DNA of 64,000 nucleotides. Source: Azolla caroliniana. Taxonomy: Eukaryota; Plantae; Polypodiophyta. Within the stretch, counting starts at the first letter, position 1; the number at the start of each line of letters is the position of its first letter. Under the pieces are notes generated by a model that made no database searches, was not told the DNA's origin, and saw only the letters and a list, made by a program, of their open reading frames with translations. Positions 24,130-37,349 of this stretch are shown one piece after another. Location of the stretch: NCBI GenBank assembly GCA_043228905.1, contig JBHGNT010000005.1, forward strand, positions 1,612,001 to 1,676,000. Reading direction: 5' to 3'. The translations under genes and the position numbers were made by a program.

Positions 24130-24728
24130 TCGTGCTAAATAGGTAGATTAGATACATTAGAGTAGATTGGAAAAAATACATGGACTTAGCCCAAAGTACC
24201 CAATACTTTGGATCCCAATGATCCTAGTCACTCACAATCAATAGTGATTAAGCACTAAAACAGCCTCATGGGCATCATTACGCAAAGCAAATTTCAATCG
24301 GACGGCCAGGGCCAGCCATTCACCCATTTGAAGGCGAGGAACGAACGAATGACCGCTTGGAAATTAGTAGAATAGATTCTTGAAATTATTAGATTTACAA
24401 AGGGAGCTATTGCACTTCAGTTACACAAAGTGTCATTAAAACACTACAGAATATGTGTGTCATCCAGAACACAAGACTCCTTTTTGGACAAAACAAAATC
24501 ATTCTGATCTTAAGCTGACCTCTTGAAAAAGGACTCATTCCAAGGTAAAATTGATTAACCATCCTACTAAACACCACCACTAGCACAGCTCCATAATCCA
24601 ATTTCACCAAATCCCAAACATAAATACCTAAAACCCTAAAGCTAAGCTTACCCAGCATAATTATCCAAGGTTGTACACTCATGGCCTTGGAAGGAAGCAT
24701 GAAGAAGATGAGGTCATAGGTGCTGCCT

Positions 24729-26585
24729 TTAGCAGGTGTTGATACCATCCTTACAATCGGCCGTCAAGAAGCCAAAGGTCTCGATAGTCTTCTTCGCCTT
24801 CAGCGCAACCTCGGTGTCTACCTCGCTTCTCATGTAGCCATCAAACTCCACAGGGTTTCCTCCGGTGAGTTCCATTGTCTCATTGTACCAAAGGCTATCC
24901 TTGGCCCACAATTCGCTGAAATCGTCGATGGTATGGGCACCTCGGTAGACATCCTTGAAAGCTCCGAAATAGTTGGGGTCTCGCTCGTTGGTCGCAATGT
25001 ATACGATCCTCCATGTGTCGATTTGATCCCTCACCTTCTCTATCAAGGATTCCACGGAGGTGTCCGCGTCCAGATTCGGCCACAGCTCCTTGTTGCTCGC
25101 CTTCTCGCCTCTCACCACATGCACCACATCGAAATCCCACTCCAACTTCCCACATATGGCATTCACAATGTCCATGATCCTCTTCGATTTCCAAAGCAGG
25201 TGCCACGGCCTCTGTATCACCGTTTCCGTCTCGCCCTCGCACACGCGGTACCAGTAATTGTCGGGCTCGGGCGCCTCAAACTTCCTCATGATGATGGTGC
25301 TCTCGTCCTTCTCGAGCTCCATCGGGGTCACCTTCGTGTCGGTCACCTCTCTGAAGGAGGCCTGGTTGTCAGGGTGAGCTTGGTTCCACTGGGTCCATTC
25401 TTCGAGGAACTGGGACTGGGGCACGACAGAAGCCGAGTCTTTGAGGTGGGCGTAGTCGAAGTAGAATCGGAAGTCCTTCCCATCTTCGTCGGAGTGGCCG
25501 GGATTGTGGGACGCGGAGAGGCAGAGGTTGAGGTCCATAACTAGGGTTCTTTTCAAGTATTGTGCTTCTCCCAGTGCACAAAGGAAGCTCCACGTGTAAT
25601 GGTTCATCTTCTTGCAGTGGTCTCCACCCCTTCCATAGAAGAGGTACTTGGACTGAGGGAAGGAGCGGACCTCGGCCGGCTGCACCACGGTGGGCACGGA
25701 ATCTTCGATCACCTCCACCTCCTCCATGACCGTCAGGTTCTTCTCCTCGGCGGCGGGGAAGGCCAGCTCGTTCATGGTCGCCACATTCCCCTCCATGTCA
25801 TGCTTGTGGAGATGCTTCCTGGATTTGGAAGCTCTGCCTCTGGTGGGTTTGAAGGATTTGGCATTCTTGCCGGAGTGCCATCCGTGGGCGGTAACGACGG
25901 CATAGTTGCAGGACTCATCGATGGAGAGGGAGAACCTCCGGTAGTCCCTGTACTTCCTCCATGACTTCTCCTGCTTGGGCCGGAACTTCCACGCGACATC
26001 GCATTCAGTCTCATCGTCTGGCCTGCCCCCGACAGGGGCCTGGTAGGAGAAGAAATCCAGATCTGGGAAGAGCTGGAGGTTGTAGCTGATGATGGCGACA
26101 AGTACGCCCGGATCGGAGCAATTGATGGCACTTCCGGTCCGGCCATCGCAAGTGGCAGTGTCCGCGTTATGGATCTCCTGTTGTTGTTGTTCCGATGAGA
26201 CTACAACCTCCTCCTCCTCTGTATTAGTGCTGGTAGTGCTGCTCTTCCCTTCATCCTGTTGTGTGAGGACCAGGGTATTGAGAGTGATGGCCGGGCCCTC
26301 GACCTCGGAGGCGGTCTCATTCTCGGCCGCGGAGAGGCTGAAGTCCTCGCCCGTCCGGAGCACCGAGTCATCGGTCCGGAAGGTCGCGTTCTGGACCGCG
26401 CTTAGCACCTGATCCAGCGCCTTCTCGGGCTCCGCCGCCCACGGGTCGGGAGGCTGGTAGCGGAGCGACACGACCGTGAGGATGAGCACCCCGAGGATGA
26501 AGCACGCGAATGCCGCATTGCTCAGGCCCTTCACAAGCTGCTGGATCAGGCTCTGATCTGAGGCATTGCCATGGGACTTCTTCAT
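24729..26585 (-). CDS. SUB1: SUB1-like (Arabidopsis At4g08810 family) type II membrane protein, O-fucosyltransferase-like; intact single coding exon, 618 aa
   Basis: N-terminal TM segment, then family motifs CDVAWKFRP..KSWRKYRDYRRF, GGDHCK..WSFLCALGEA, GKDFRFYFD, PEPDNYWYRVCEG, RPWHLLWKSKR and C-terminal DCKDGINTC, as in SUB1 and its paralogs. Orthology within the family is not established. Confidence 0.9.
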   Translation of the reverse strand: MKKSHGNASDQSLIQQLVKGLSNAAFACFILGVLILTVVSLRYQPPDPWAAEPEKALDQVLSAVQNATFRTDDSVLRTGEDFSLSAAENETASEVEGPAITLNTLVLTQQDEGKSSTTSTNTEEEEVVVSSEQQQQEIHNADTATCDGRTGSAINCSDPGVLVAIISYNLQLFPDLDFFSYQAPVGGRPDDETECDVAWKFRPKQEKSWRKYRDYRRFSLSIDESCNYAVVTAHGWHSGKNAKSFKPTRGRASKSRKHLHKHDMEGNVATMNELAFPAAEEKNLTVMEEVEVIEDSVPTVVQPAEVRSFPQSKYLFYGRGGDHCKKMNHYTWSFLCALGEAQYLKRTLVMDLNLCLSASHNPGHSDEDGKDFRFYFDYAHLKDSASVVPQSQFLEEWTQWNQAHPDNQASFREVTDTKVTPMELEKDESTIIMRKFEAPEPDNYWYRVCEGETETVIQRPWHLLWKSKRIMDIVNAICGKLEWDFDVVHVVRGEKASNKELWPNLDADTSVESLIEKVRDQIDTWRIVYIATNERDPNYFGAFKDVYRGAHTIDDFSELWAKDSLWYNETMELTGGNPVEFDGYMRSEVDTEVALKAKKTIETFGFLTADCKDGINTC

Positions 26586-29249
26586 TTAGGGGGGGGAGAG
26601 GGACCCTGAAGAATCAATGAATGAATCTATCTATGGGTCAAGAACCTTGAGAGTGTGAGTGAGTGAGTTGAGAGTAGAGTGAGTGTGCTTATGTTTAGGA
26701 TTAAGTGTGACTGACTTACCTATATAAACTAACTAGGCTAATATAACTAAGCAGCTTGCTTTACTTGGTTGCTAACTATCTATTTAACTCAGATCTCAAT
26801 GCCTTCTCAACAGCTGTGTCTTGCTCATTTGGTGTGAAAAGGAGATCACAAGGAGCTTGTTTCTTGTTTCCTTCCTTGTAAAGCAAGAAAGAAGGAAAGG
26901 CAACCACAAGAAAAACTAGGAGTGGGGGCCACACACAAGTAAACCCTAAAACCCATTGGCACAAAAATCACCAATCAAGCATTCAATGCCTTGTCATCCA
27001 TCCATTCAAATCATTCATTCATGCCACCTGCCCATCCATTTTCACCAAACCCCCATGGCTTCTTGTTGGTATACACAACACTTCCCAAACTTCAGCTGCC
27101 CAAACCCTCACATCTCGAAGTGTCAACGTTTTGTTCTTCGTGTTTACCTTGTCTGCCTCCCCACCAGATGGATTATATGTGAACAATATCTAAATGCAAG
27201 GAACCCCCTCCCCTCTAAGGCAAAAGAAGACAAGAACAAACAACCTATTATTTGAGGAACTCAACCCCTGCACTAGATAATTTTGCTTACTTTGCTTACC
27301 CCCGGCTTCTAAACATAGAGATGTGGAGGGAATCATTCATTATAAGGTTTCTTCCTCCAATACAAACTTTCCTATAGACATCTCGAATGAAGAAACCAAA
27401 CTCTTGGCTATGCAAAACAAAACACGTTTAATATAGTAAGAACATAGGGATGTAAAGGAGTATACGTCCAAAATGTCGAATGTGAGGCAAAAGGTGGATT
27501 TGGACAAGCAAACATCCGTCAACTAGTCAACAAAACGGTTAATAAAAAAGTTTAAGCCAGTGATGAAACACCTATTTGTAATACCATGAGTGTTTCCATG
27601 AAGGACTTGTAGTCCAACCCATCACAGAGGATGCTAAAACTAGCAACATGACATGGATAGGGAAACTAGAAGGTAAAATCGAAGAGAGTGACCATGTCTA
27701 ATGATCTCTTCAATCAAAAAGACCACATAGGAGTAGGACCTATGAGTTTGGAAGAAGAATCAAAAGATAGAACAAACACAATCAAAACTCTAACATGTTT
27801 CATGACTAAGATGAGGGTCATGGTGGAAGATCTTGCCCAAAACAAAATAGTTTTGATCTCCATAGGGACAAATGGTCATGCAATAGATTGAGGCCTCAAA
27901 AATGGTGACAGTAAGTGCAATCCGTACCCATTGACTATAGTAAACAAGGAGAATGGTTGAGACGTAAATGCATTAGTTGACTTATTAGGGTTAAAGTTGG
28001 AAGCCCTCCTTTAAGAAATAAGATTGATCCTCAAGAAGCCATTAAATTGTATATGTATTGCTTGCTTCAAAGCACTTGGGCATATAATGTCATTGTATCA
28101 TCCTTCAGTTGTACCTTTTCTTTGGGTCTTTGCTTAATATATTATTATCTTCCTCCATTATACATTAGCATTTTTCTTTGTTTTATGCATTGCTCTATTT
28201 TCCGTACAATAGTTAACATAGCATTAATGATTTTATCATGGGATCCACTAAATGACATACATATTGACACAATGATACACCATGAACCTTTGTATATGCT
28301 ATGATTTTCAAAGCACTCAAGCATATAATATCGTTGTATCATCTTTCTCTTTGTTACTGTGATTGGGTCACTTCTTAAAATAATATTTGTTACTCCATTA
28401 TACCTCAATGTTTTTCATTGTTTTATGCAAGAATCTATTTCCATACAATAGTTAACATGGTATCAATTTTATCATGGGATATACTTACTTATACATTAAA
28501 GTTTATTACAAGTACACAAAATACATACTTAACACAATGATAGAACATGAATATTTGTATATATTATGATTAAGAATCAAATTACAAATACCATGATTTG
28601 CTCATGCTTAAATACTATTACAAAAGTTAAGATTTTGGAGCACATATATCCACGACTAATTCTAACTCCTTCCTTTCTCTATGTATCATACTCTATGTCA
28701 TTTTGATAAACAAGTAGCCACCCTATAGTCAATTCACATTCCTACAATATACAAATTAATAGTGCATTCGCTCTGCAAGAGGATCTCACTAATCCTACAA
28801 ATGTCACCTTAGCAAACCCATAGGTCTTGGTCTCCTCCATACTAACATAGATACAGTTGATGATTACCTGCATGAACCACGTGGTAAATACATGCAACAA
28901 CTAAGGTCTTGGATAGCAAAGCAAACCGTGCAAGAATTATACTAGAAAGAAATGTGTCCATAGATCATGGTCTATTGACAATCCAAAATTCTTGAACAAT
29001 TGAGATTGAGTCCATCATCACCAATTTTCTGTTCGAGGCGAAATTGAACTACAAAACCATGACTAAACAATTGTTTGATTTGAATTGTTTGGTTTTATCT
29101 TGGAAATCGTCAAATAAATTGATTTGGAAATTCCAAGTTATAACAAGTGAGGTGTTATGTACACATAACGTAGGTGAGGGTAGGTCACCAATATTTATAT
29201 AAGTGAACAGTATGTCCACTAATCTTAGAAAGGAACTAATGTGATTGGA

Positions 29250-30691
29250 TAGAAGGACTAATGCACTATCATGATCTTGACAACCAATGAATGGAAAGTC
29301 TTTTTAGAAAGGCACATCTATTCAACGGGCCTAGGAAGAGGTATAAATATGAAGCTTAGCTACCCTCATAAGGACATTACGTCGGAAGACTGCTGCCTTA
29401 GACACCGGTGGTGTGGGCAAGGCTTTTATCACAAAGATCGTGTTAATCTCTTCCAAGGTATTAGTCATCCTAATATCTAGTTGTATGGGACGTTGGTGGT
29501 AGGTTGGCTATGTCAAGTGATCATAGCTCGGGGGTGGTTGAGTGGAACGGGTTCTTCTATCCAATCTATTTACCTTGTTTTAACTTTATTTGGTCTATTG
29601 ATTAGTAATAGACTCTTAACAGGAGGATGGTAACAAATGATGGATCAAATTGGATCGTAGATCTAGATCCACAAAAGGTGTATATTTTATGGAGGTTTTG
29701 GATTATGGAAAGGAGGATCGTGAAAAACTTTATTGGAATTGGCGTTTCAAGATTAGATAAAGCATGTGCGTTTTTTTAAGTATTCCATGAGTATTAGCTG
29801 GAAACTATTATGTGTTAGGTCAAGTAAGGAACTAATGCAAATGTTTTTAAGAGAAAGAAAGGAATCTCTCCACAACAAATTAAGCGATTTTGGAAATGAT
29901 TGTGAGGCATAAAATTTATTGGGAAAATTGCATCTTTTAGTAGGGCTATACCAATTAATCAGTGAGAAAAGGAGTGAATGCACATAATATGTGTCATTTT
30001 TGTATGCATAGAAAGGAGACCGCTAAGCATTGTTTGTGGAGTTGCGTTTTGGTGATGGAAACATGGAAAAAAATCATAAAACTATTAACACTAGTATATC
30101 CTTGAGTGCTATATATTTGGGGGTTGGAATTATGGGCGGTTGTACAAGGTCAAGCAATGTTGTATGAACATGTAGATATTGTAGATGCTCTTTCTCAAAG
30201 ACATGGTCTGATGCAAAAATCAAACATACCCTTTATTCTTGAATCTACAAATAATGATTCATAAAACTGAAAAATGGCAATTAGTATGTTGACAAATAGC
30301 AACAGTCTTACCACCATGATATATATTTCTCTTGGACTGCAGGAATTTGGTTATATGTTGAGTATGGATAGAGCGAACCGCTTTAGTATTTGCGGAATCA
30401 CATTCAGCCAATGTTGGTTGCAACATGAAAGGTTTTAGAGGCCATAACAAGGGCCAATTGAAGATGGGTTTCAGACACTTCGTACTACAGATATGGTCTC
30501 ATGGAATCCTAGCTTGTTGTAGCAAAGGTGGTGTTGGCAAAGTCTGAGTCTTGCCAAATGCCATCGTTGATAGTTAGTCCTTTTTTTGATGATATATATT
30601 ATGGAGTGGAAACTATTATGTACAATTTGTACATTGCCTTTAGCATTGTTAATTTTAATACCAATGGTGCATATTTATTATCGAAAAAAAA
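29250..30691 (+). mobile_element. Decayed LINE 3' region (zinc-binding zf-RVT remnant) with short A tail
   Basis: ETAKHCLWSCVLVMETWKK near 30015-30075 resembles Et..HlfweC..a..iW. A-run near 30683-30691. Boundaries approximate. Confidence 0.5.
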
Positions 30692-30879
30692 TGGCAATTA
30701 GTAAGTAGTAGTACAATTGAAATGTGTTTGCAGGTATTCCAAAATGTGACAAAAGGCCTCCTTAGACAATTATTGGAATTTGAATAGAGATTGTGCATAA
30801 TCTAGGAGAGGTTCTTTGAATAACATGGAGGTGACACTCAACCAGAGAATTACAATGTTTGAAGTTTCACGCTATACGG

Positions 30880-31430
30880 GACAACGGTTTGTTGATAAGG
30901 TAGAGTAGTTTTATCCTACACCAAAATCTATATTTAACTTGATCACGAGAATGTAACCATGGTCTAAAAAACATGGGTAATTAACCATATGTTGCAACGC
31001 CAGGTACATGATCTATATGATGGTCTATATTACGTTTAAGAGGTAGCTCATGTGGTAGTTCACTCGGAAAAACATGATAAATGACCTGATACACTATCGA
31101 TATTATAAACGTGAATGTTCAGATCAAGTACACAATAAAATAAAGAAGAACAAGAAAACTCAAATATTGATGGAGAGGAAACAATCGAAAGAGTTTGTTT
31201 TTCAATACATAGAATAAAATGAGTACAATCATTCAGTACAAAGGCAATTGAATGGTGAACCCAATCAATAGATAAAGGAGAGTTTTTATTAAAAAACCAG
31301 GGATAACCCACTATTACATCAGTGGTACAAAGATTCATTACATAGAAATCTATTTCTTCTACTTAAGTATCAATAGAATTTCCTAATGAATGAATCGCCT
31401 CGTTGATGTATTGTTTTCTTGCATCAACCA
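30880..31430 (-). mobile_element. Old Ty3/gypsy protease/pre-RT relic
   Basis: DVIVGYPWFFNKNSPLSIDW and LPHELPLKRNIDHHIDHVPG resemble DVILGMPWL..NPxIDW and LPPxRxxDHxIxLxPG. Confidence 0.65.
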
Positions 31431-31915
31431 AGTGTACCTTATAGGTGTGATCACTTATGGTGGGTTGGATTCCCCATATCTGAACCAAACGATCATTCAC
31501 AAAGTTATGTGAGCTTCTTGAATCAAATCAGAATTGTACAGGAGATAAATTTATATACTCGTTTGCACGTAGTAAATCATTGGGGTCCTAAATACATGAT
31601 AAGATCGAAACCGGCCACAACCGGTTCTAGACTCACGTATGAGAGGTGCAAAGATTTAAACCAACAAAAAAACTGTTACTCCTGGGTTGAACTTGCCTCT
31701 AACACAAGGTGTCCCTTCGGAACACTTCACCAAAGGGTGGTTACGATAAGGGATTCGACACTAACAACCATAAGTGGTTATCTTCCGGTTCAGTATCCAG
31801 ATTAACAACACACATCAATTACACACATAAGATCCATACATTGAGCGCAAAACGGAATAGGAACATAAAGATCCACAAGATACAAGAACAAAACTTTCTT
31901 ATATTAATATTCCGT

Positions 31916-32972
31916 TGTCGTGAAGAAAACCGGGCATAGGCGGAATCAGAGAAAAAGGCGCATGAACCGGCTCTTACACGGATGGGCGCATGAATTGATA
32001 TTTTGATATTTTGTACATGATTCATAAATGGATTAGCTGATGTAAATACTAAGTAGTACACATTTATTGAGGGATTGTGCGTATCAGTGTCGGAAGGGAC
32101 AGGGAATAAAGCGGTTTGACTAGGGAAAAGAGGCACCCTCCCTTTTGGGGAACTATCTAAGCAGAGGAGAGAAGGAGGAAAGGGTATCGCGCGTTGGCGA
32201 GGACAAAGTGCTACTGCAGAACCGAGTGCCGAGCTCTCTCTCTCCTCTGATCGTCGTTCTCTTGCGGGTGTTGGGAGTTCGTTGCCTCTGCTTCGTGGAC
32301 AACCCGTGTGCTTCCAACAGAGTCTCTCTCCTTCTCCTTTCCCCTTTTGTTTCTTCGAGTCGTGTGACTGTCGTTGGTGTGCGTGAGTAGGATCCCGTGT
32401 CGGGTCCATTACCGGGTTGCCGGTTGTAAGCTATTGACTGTAGTAATCAGACTCATGTTTTCCTTGCTCTTAATCTCTCTCTCTCTCCTTGGTCCGAGAC
32501 CCCCGTGGTCCCGCCTCTTTCTACACGCACGCGCGTAACAACGCGACATCTTTGGTGAACCCGATGTGAAAGGCGGCAAGGGAGGATGGGGTTAGAAGAC
32601 GACGACCTCGTAGTGATGGTGGCCGAAGTGGTGTGGGAGTCGGCACGAGTGGTGATGAGGCGAGAAGCAGCGCAACAAGCGGTTGAGTGAGTGGTCAAAA
32701 GAGTCGGCCGTTTCAACGGGGACAAAGTTCCATCTTACTTGGAAGCCTACAACGCGGAAATGGAGGAACGTGGCATAGACGAGGCGTTGAGGCTGGAGTT
32801 CTTCTGTCGGGTCGTAGCTGTCCGGATGCATGCGGAAGTAAAGGAGCTTCGTGAGGCTCATAGTTTGTGGGAGGCCTTCGAAGAGGCGCTCCTGAAGGCA
32901 TACGGAGGGCAGCCGAAAGGCCGGGGAAGGCGTGACTTTGACCAATGGATATCGTCGGCGAAGACCCACCGG
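31916..32972 (+). mobile_element. Gypsy element Z: 5' LTR (31916-32548), tRNA-Trp PBS and gag start, interrupted by element B
   Basis: TGTCGTGAAG...GCGACA, then TGGTGAACCCGATGTGA at 32553-32569, then gag VGRFNGDKVPSYLEAYNAEM. Confidence 0.85.
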
Positions 32973-32990
32973 TGTCGCGTTGTTACGCGC

Positions 32991-33780
32991 TGTCGAGATA
33001 TTACGCAAGTGCGTGTGAAAACGAGGCGGGACCGCGGGGGTCTCGAACCAAAGAGCAAGCGAGGGAGGAGAAAGAGAGAGAACCGGCTACGCAGGACCGG
33101 GGATACACAGGGACACGGCCCTGTAGCACGGAGAACGCGAACAGACACCGACACAGACAGATGCGAATGACTAAATATGTGTATTAACAAAAATGGCTAA
33201 CACGACTACAACCCTCGATGGGGCACAGGTTGGTTACAACCGAACAGGCCGGCGAACAGATGCCGATGCCTGTTCGCTTCGACGCACAAACGGGGTAGCA
33301 GGTCGGAGGTGCTGCCGGAAGCACTCGGGCGTTCCTCGAAACAGCGCGAGCCTCCTCGGAACCCTGCACAGAAAGCTATGGAGCTCGAGAAGGAAGGAAA
33401 CACAGAGAGAGAGAGAGCGTCCAGAAACGGTCCGACAGCACTTCGTCCTCTTTGCGCGAGATCCCCGCAACAACTCTTTCCTGCTCCTTATATAGGCCGT
33501 TGAGCAGGCCGTCGCGTCAGCTTTATTCCCTGTCCCTTTTTGACAGGGATCCGCTCCGTTTTTCACGCATCCGCGTAGTTACGCCGCCGACTCGTACAGT
33601 TCGCGCGCGCGACCGAAAAGACTGTTCGCGCGGTCGCTGTCTCTACTTGAGTTAGGGCCCGTTCCTGCCGATTATCCTCCTAATTCGCTTCTATGTACAA
33701 CTTGGAGCGTGCGCGCGTGAAGAACCGGTTCCCACGCCTTGGTGCGCCGGTTCCGCCTATGGACGGTTTTCTTCACGACA
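32991..33780 (-). repeat. 3' LTR of element A (790 bp)
   Basis: TG...CA; identical by eye to 39511-40302 except one GA unit. Confidence 0.96.
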
Positions 33781-33851
33781 TCCGCCCCCACCTAACCGCG
33801 CATCCTCCGGTATGCGCCAAGAGAGTTGGGACGGAGAAAACCGGCCCGTCT

Positions 33852-36800
33852 TCATTCCTCGCCCGTCGGTTCTTCCTCGTTTCCGGATCGTTCGTCACTG
33901 CTGACTAGGAGAGCCGGGTCCGGCTCGTCGTCATGTCGCTGCTTGAACGCTTTGATCCGCTTCCCTGCAACCGGTATCGCCACTCTCGTGCCGTCAAGTT
34001 CCGCCAGGTGATATGTCCCGTTGTCATTGGCGCTCCGTACCACGTAAGGCCCGAACCACCTTCGTGCAAACTTCCGTGTAGCCCGGTGCTGGTTGTCGAG
34101 GCTGCTATCGTAGACGAGCACCCAGTCACCTTCTTCGATTTTCTTCGGTCGGAGCCGGTGCGTTCGGTCGAACCTGGCTTTGTTCTTCTTCCTCGCCACC
34201 CGGAGCCTCTCCGCAGCCAGTTCCACGTCCTCCGGTCTCCGCTCGAGCTGTCGTATACGCGCGGCCAACAACTCCTCCCGGCTCATCTCGTCCCTCCAGT
34301 CGATCGTTGCCCACGAGGAGATCGTCCGTTCCATCGGCATGATCGGCTTCTGGCCGAACATGAGCTCCGTCGGCATGTACCCGGTTACCGAACTGTGCGT
34401 GGTCCGGTCTGCCCACAAAGCATAAGGTAGCAGCCGCGGCCAGTTACCGACTTGGCCTCCGCATGCCCGAACCAACGCCTTGACGATCGGTCCGTGTCCG
34501 CGCTCCACCTTCCCATTCGCCTCCGGATTGTACGCAGTGGTGAGCGAGAGCTTGACTCCCAGCCGGTCGAACAGCTCCGCGGCTTCTTCGGCGTCCAACT
34601 CCCCTCGGTCAGCCACGATCTTCCCGACGCACCCGTACCGGCATATCACGTCCTCAATTAGGAACCGGCATACGGCCGCGGTCGTTTTGTTCGGAAGGGC
34701 CCGGCCTTCCACCTGGTTCGTCAGGTCTTCCCGCGCTAGGACCAGATACCGCATCTGCCCTACCCCCATCGGCATCGTCACCAGATCTACCATCCATTTG
34801 AAGTGGATAGTCGGAGGGTACGTAGGGCGAAGCCCGTCCCGGTGTCGGACTATCGAGTGCACCTGACAACTCTCGCAAGTTGACACGAACCGATGTACGT
34901 CCCGGTACAATCCCGGCCACCAGTACTTCCCCTTCAGCTTCTCAAATGTCGCCCACGTTCCACGGTGTCCAGCCCAAGGGCTGTCGTGGTAGGCCGCCAG
35001 TAGCTCCTCCTGTTCTTCCTTCATCGCCACCACCCGGAGCGGGACGCCGTTCCTCTTCTTCGGGTGCTTCCACAAATGCTCATCTCGGAGAAAGAATCGA
35101 TATGCTTTCTTCCGGATCCGGTTGGCCTCGTCCTTCGTCTATGACGCATCGGGCGTCATTGTCTTCAAAAACCCGCCGATCTGCAGCCACTCCCCGTCGT
35201 ACTTGCTCGCGTCGAACTCGTTAAGCGCCGGAGTGCTCATCCCGTCGGTCGTTACGTATGCCGCCTCGAAGAAATCCACGCCGACTTCATCGTCTTCCGA
35301 AACCATGCCGCCCTCGTCGTCGAACCTCGCCCTCGAAAGCATGTCGGCCATGGCGTTGTCTTTCCCGGAAATGTGTCGTATCTCCGGGTCCAGGGACTTG
35401 ATGTACGCTATCCACCTGAGCATCGCCAGGTCCGGAGTCGCGCATCCGGAAACCATACCGAGAATCGGCAGGCAATCCGTCTCGATGATCACTTCTGTCC
35501 CTATCAGGTAGTCTTTGTCGGCCTTAACCGCCGAAACAATACCCCAGAGTTCGCGTTTAACTTGGGCGTATCCTCGCTGCCGTTCACTGAGGACTTTCGC
35601 GCCGAATCGGATCGGAAACCGATTGCCGTCCTCGTCTTCCTGGTTCACGACCCATCCGATCCCGGTCGGACTGGTATCCACCGTTATGAATACCGGGGTA
35701 CCCTTCCCGTATACCGCCTTCCGGAGTGCCGGTGCCGCTGCAAGGGCCTCTTTCAGCTTCCGGACCGATTCCGCGTGCTCGTCTAGCCATTCGAACCTTC
35801 GCCCCTTTTTCAGCAACCCGTACAGTGGCTCCGCGACGTGCGCGTAATGCGGGATCCATATGTGGTAGAACGCGCATGCCCCCAGGAATCTCCGTACTTC
35901 CGTGACCGAGCTGCAGTCGGGCTTCATCGCGGAGATGGCTTCTACCTTTGCCGGAGACGGTTTCCGGCCATATGGTCCGCACAGGTGTCCGACCACCATG
36001 ATTTCTGACTGCCCGAAGGCCGACTTCTCCCCGGAGAAGGTGAGTCTCGCATCCTCTAGCCTTTGCAGCACCTTCTCGCAGTCGTCGATGTGCGCCATCA
36101 CGAATCGCCGGCATCCGTCCGGCCCGATCGTCTCGTCCTTTTCTTCCACCGGGCATCCCTTGATCGGGATGTCGTCCAGAAACGGCATGGTGATGTCCGG
36201 GATACAGTTCCTCAGAACCTTGTTCATCGCATTCACCATGTGGGCCACCGAGTTGGTCCCTCCTTGTGGCAGTGTACACATCCGAACTAGGCCGAGGGGA
36301 GTTCGCATCGTCGTAATGTCTCTGCTCTCCACGGCTAGCTGGAACTGGTCGTACCCTGAGTATAGATCCCCGACCGAGTAAATTGACCTTCCGGCGAAGG
36401 CCTCCGCGAACTCGTCTATGGTCGGTCCGATCCCTGCGTTCCGAATGGTCACTCGATTGACCGGCTGCAGGTCCTGGATGAAGCGCAACGAACCGTTTTT
36501 CTTCGGTACGGTAAACCATCGATTCGAATATGGGGCGCTCGACGGCTCGAGAATTCCCATATCAACTTTCTGCCTCAGCAGCTCCATCAACTTCGGGATG
36601 TGAGCTCTCGGAACCGGGATTGGCTTGAGATTCCATGGTACATGCGGTACCGTGAATATCACCATCGGCTCCACGATCGTCGGGTCAACGCACCCGATTT
36701 CCTCCGGCGAGAATGCGAAGGCTTTCCCGTGCCTTCCGAGCATTCTCCGAAACCGGTCTTCCTCCGCCGGCAGTAGGAACCCGCCCCCACCGATTTTGAG

Positions 36801-37349
36801 CTCTCGGAGCGTCTCGTCGGTGAAGGTGTGTCCTATGCAGGCCGGATCTCGTAGACTAGGGTCCGATGCAACCCCTTTGATTCTCGACGCGCTGTCCTCC
36901 GGTAAGGGTGCCGCGACTGGCCTTACCTTCCGGTCCACAGTCTTGTACTTGGTGCTTACGTGGGCCGTCCGAACTGACTCGAGCCCTCGACCGAAGTCCG
37001 CGATGACTCCGTACATCTCCTCGGAACACACCGGTATCGTCCGGTCTTCGTTAAGGCCTTCTTCGACTACCTTTCCCAGCATTCCCAAGGTGTCGTCGAA
37101 TGAGACCGCCTCCACGGCTCCGTTGATTTCCTCGTCAGGGCCGAGAACTCCGCACGCTCGAAGTCTCCCCTCCGCCTTTGTCTTCTCTCGGCCGCCGATG
37201 CCGACTATCGTACACGCTCCGCTGTCGGAGAACAAAAATTCCCTACCTATGGTACAAGGTTTCTTTGGTTTTATCGTACAGGTGTGGGGTTTTCCCGGGG
37301 TGTCCGGACTGTCGCGGCCCCACGCCTTGGCAGCCCTCTCTAAAAATCC
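33852..37349 (-). pseudogene. pol (RT-RNase H-integrase) of element A, entered by -1 frameshift, with one nonsense codon at 35139-35141
   Basis: RT DLQPVN, DLYSGYDQ, PQG, FLDD; RH VDTS..GIG, ETDC, NAMADMLSR; integrase HHCC, VDL..ADRGE..NGKVER, GPY. TAG replaces the TGG seen in sister copies (DASWTK). Confidence 0.93.

Noticed and set aside
24720-26412. Plus-strand ORFs (for example 274 aa at 24720-25544) opposite the SUB1-like gene
   Set aside because: Antisense shadows of a GC3-rich CDS; no recognisable domain.
28150-28575. Diverged local duplication, plus a 27-bp tandem near 22850-22905
   Set aside because: Ordinary small duplications in intergenic DNA with no further structure.
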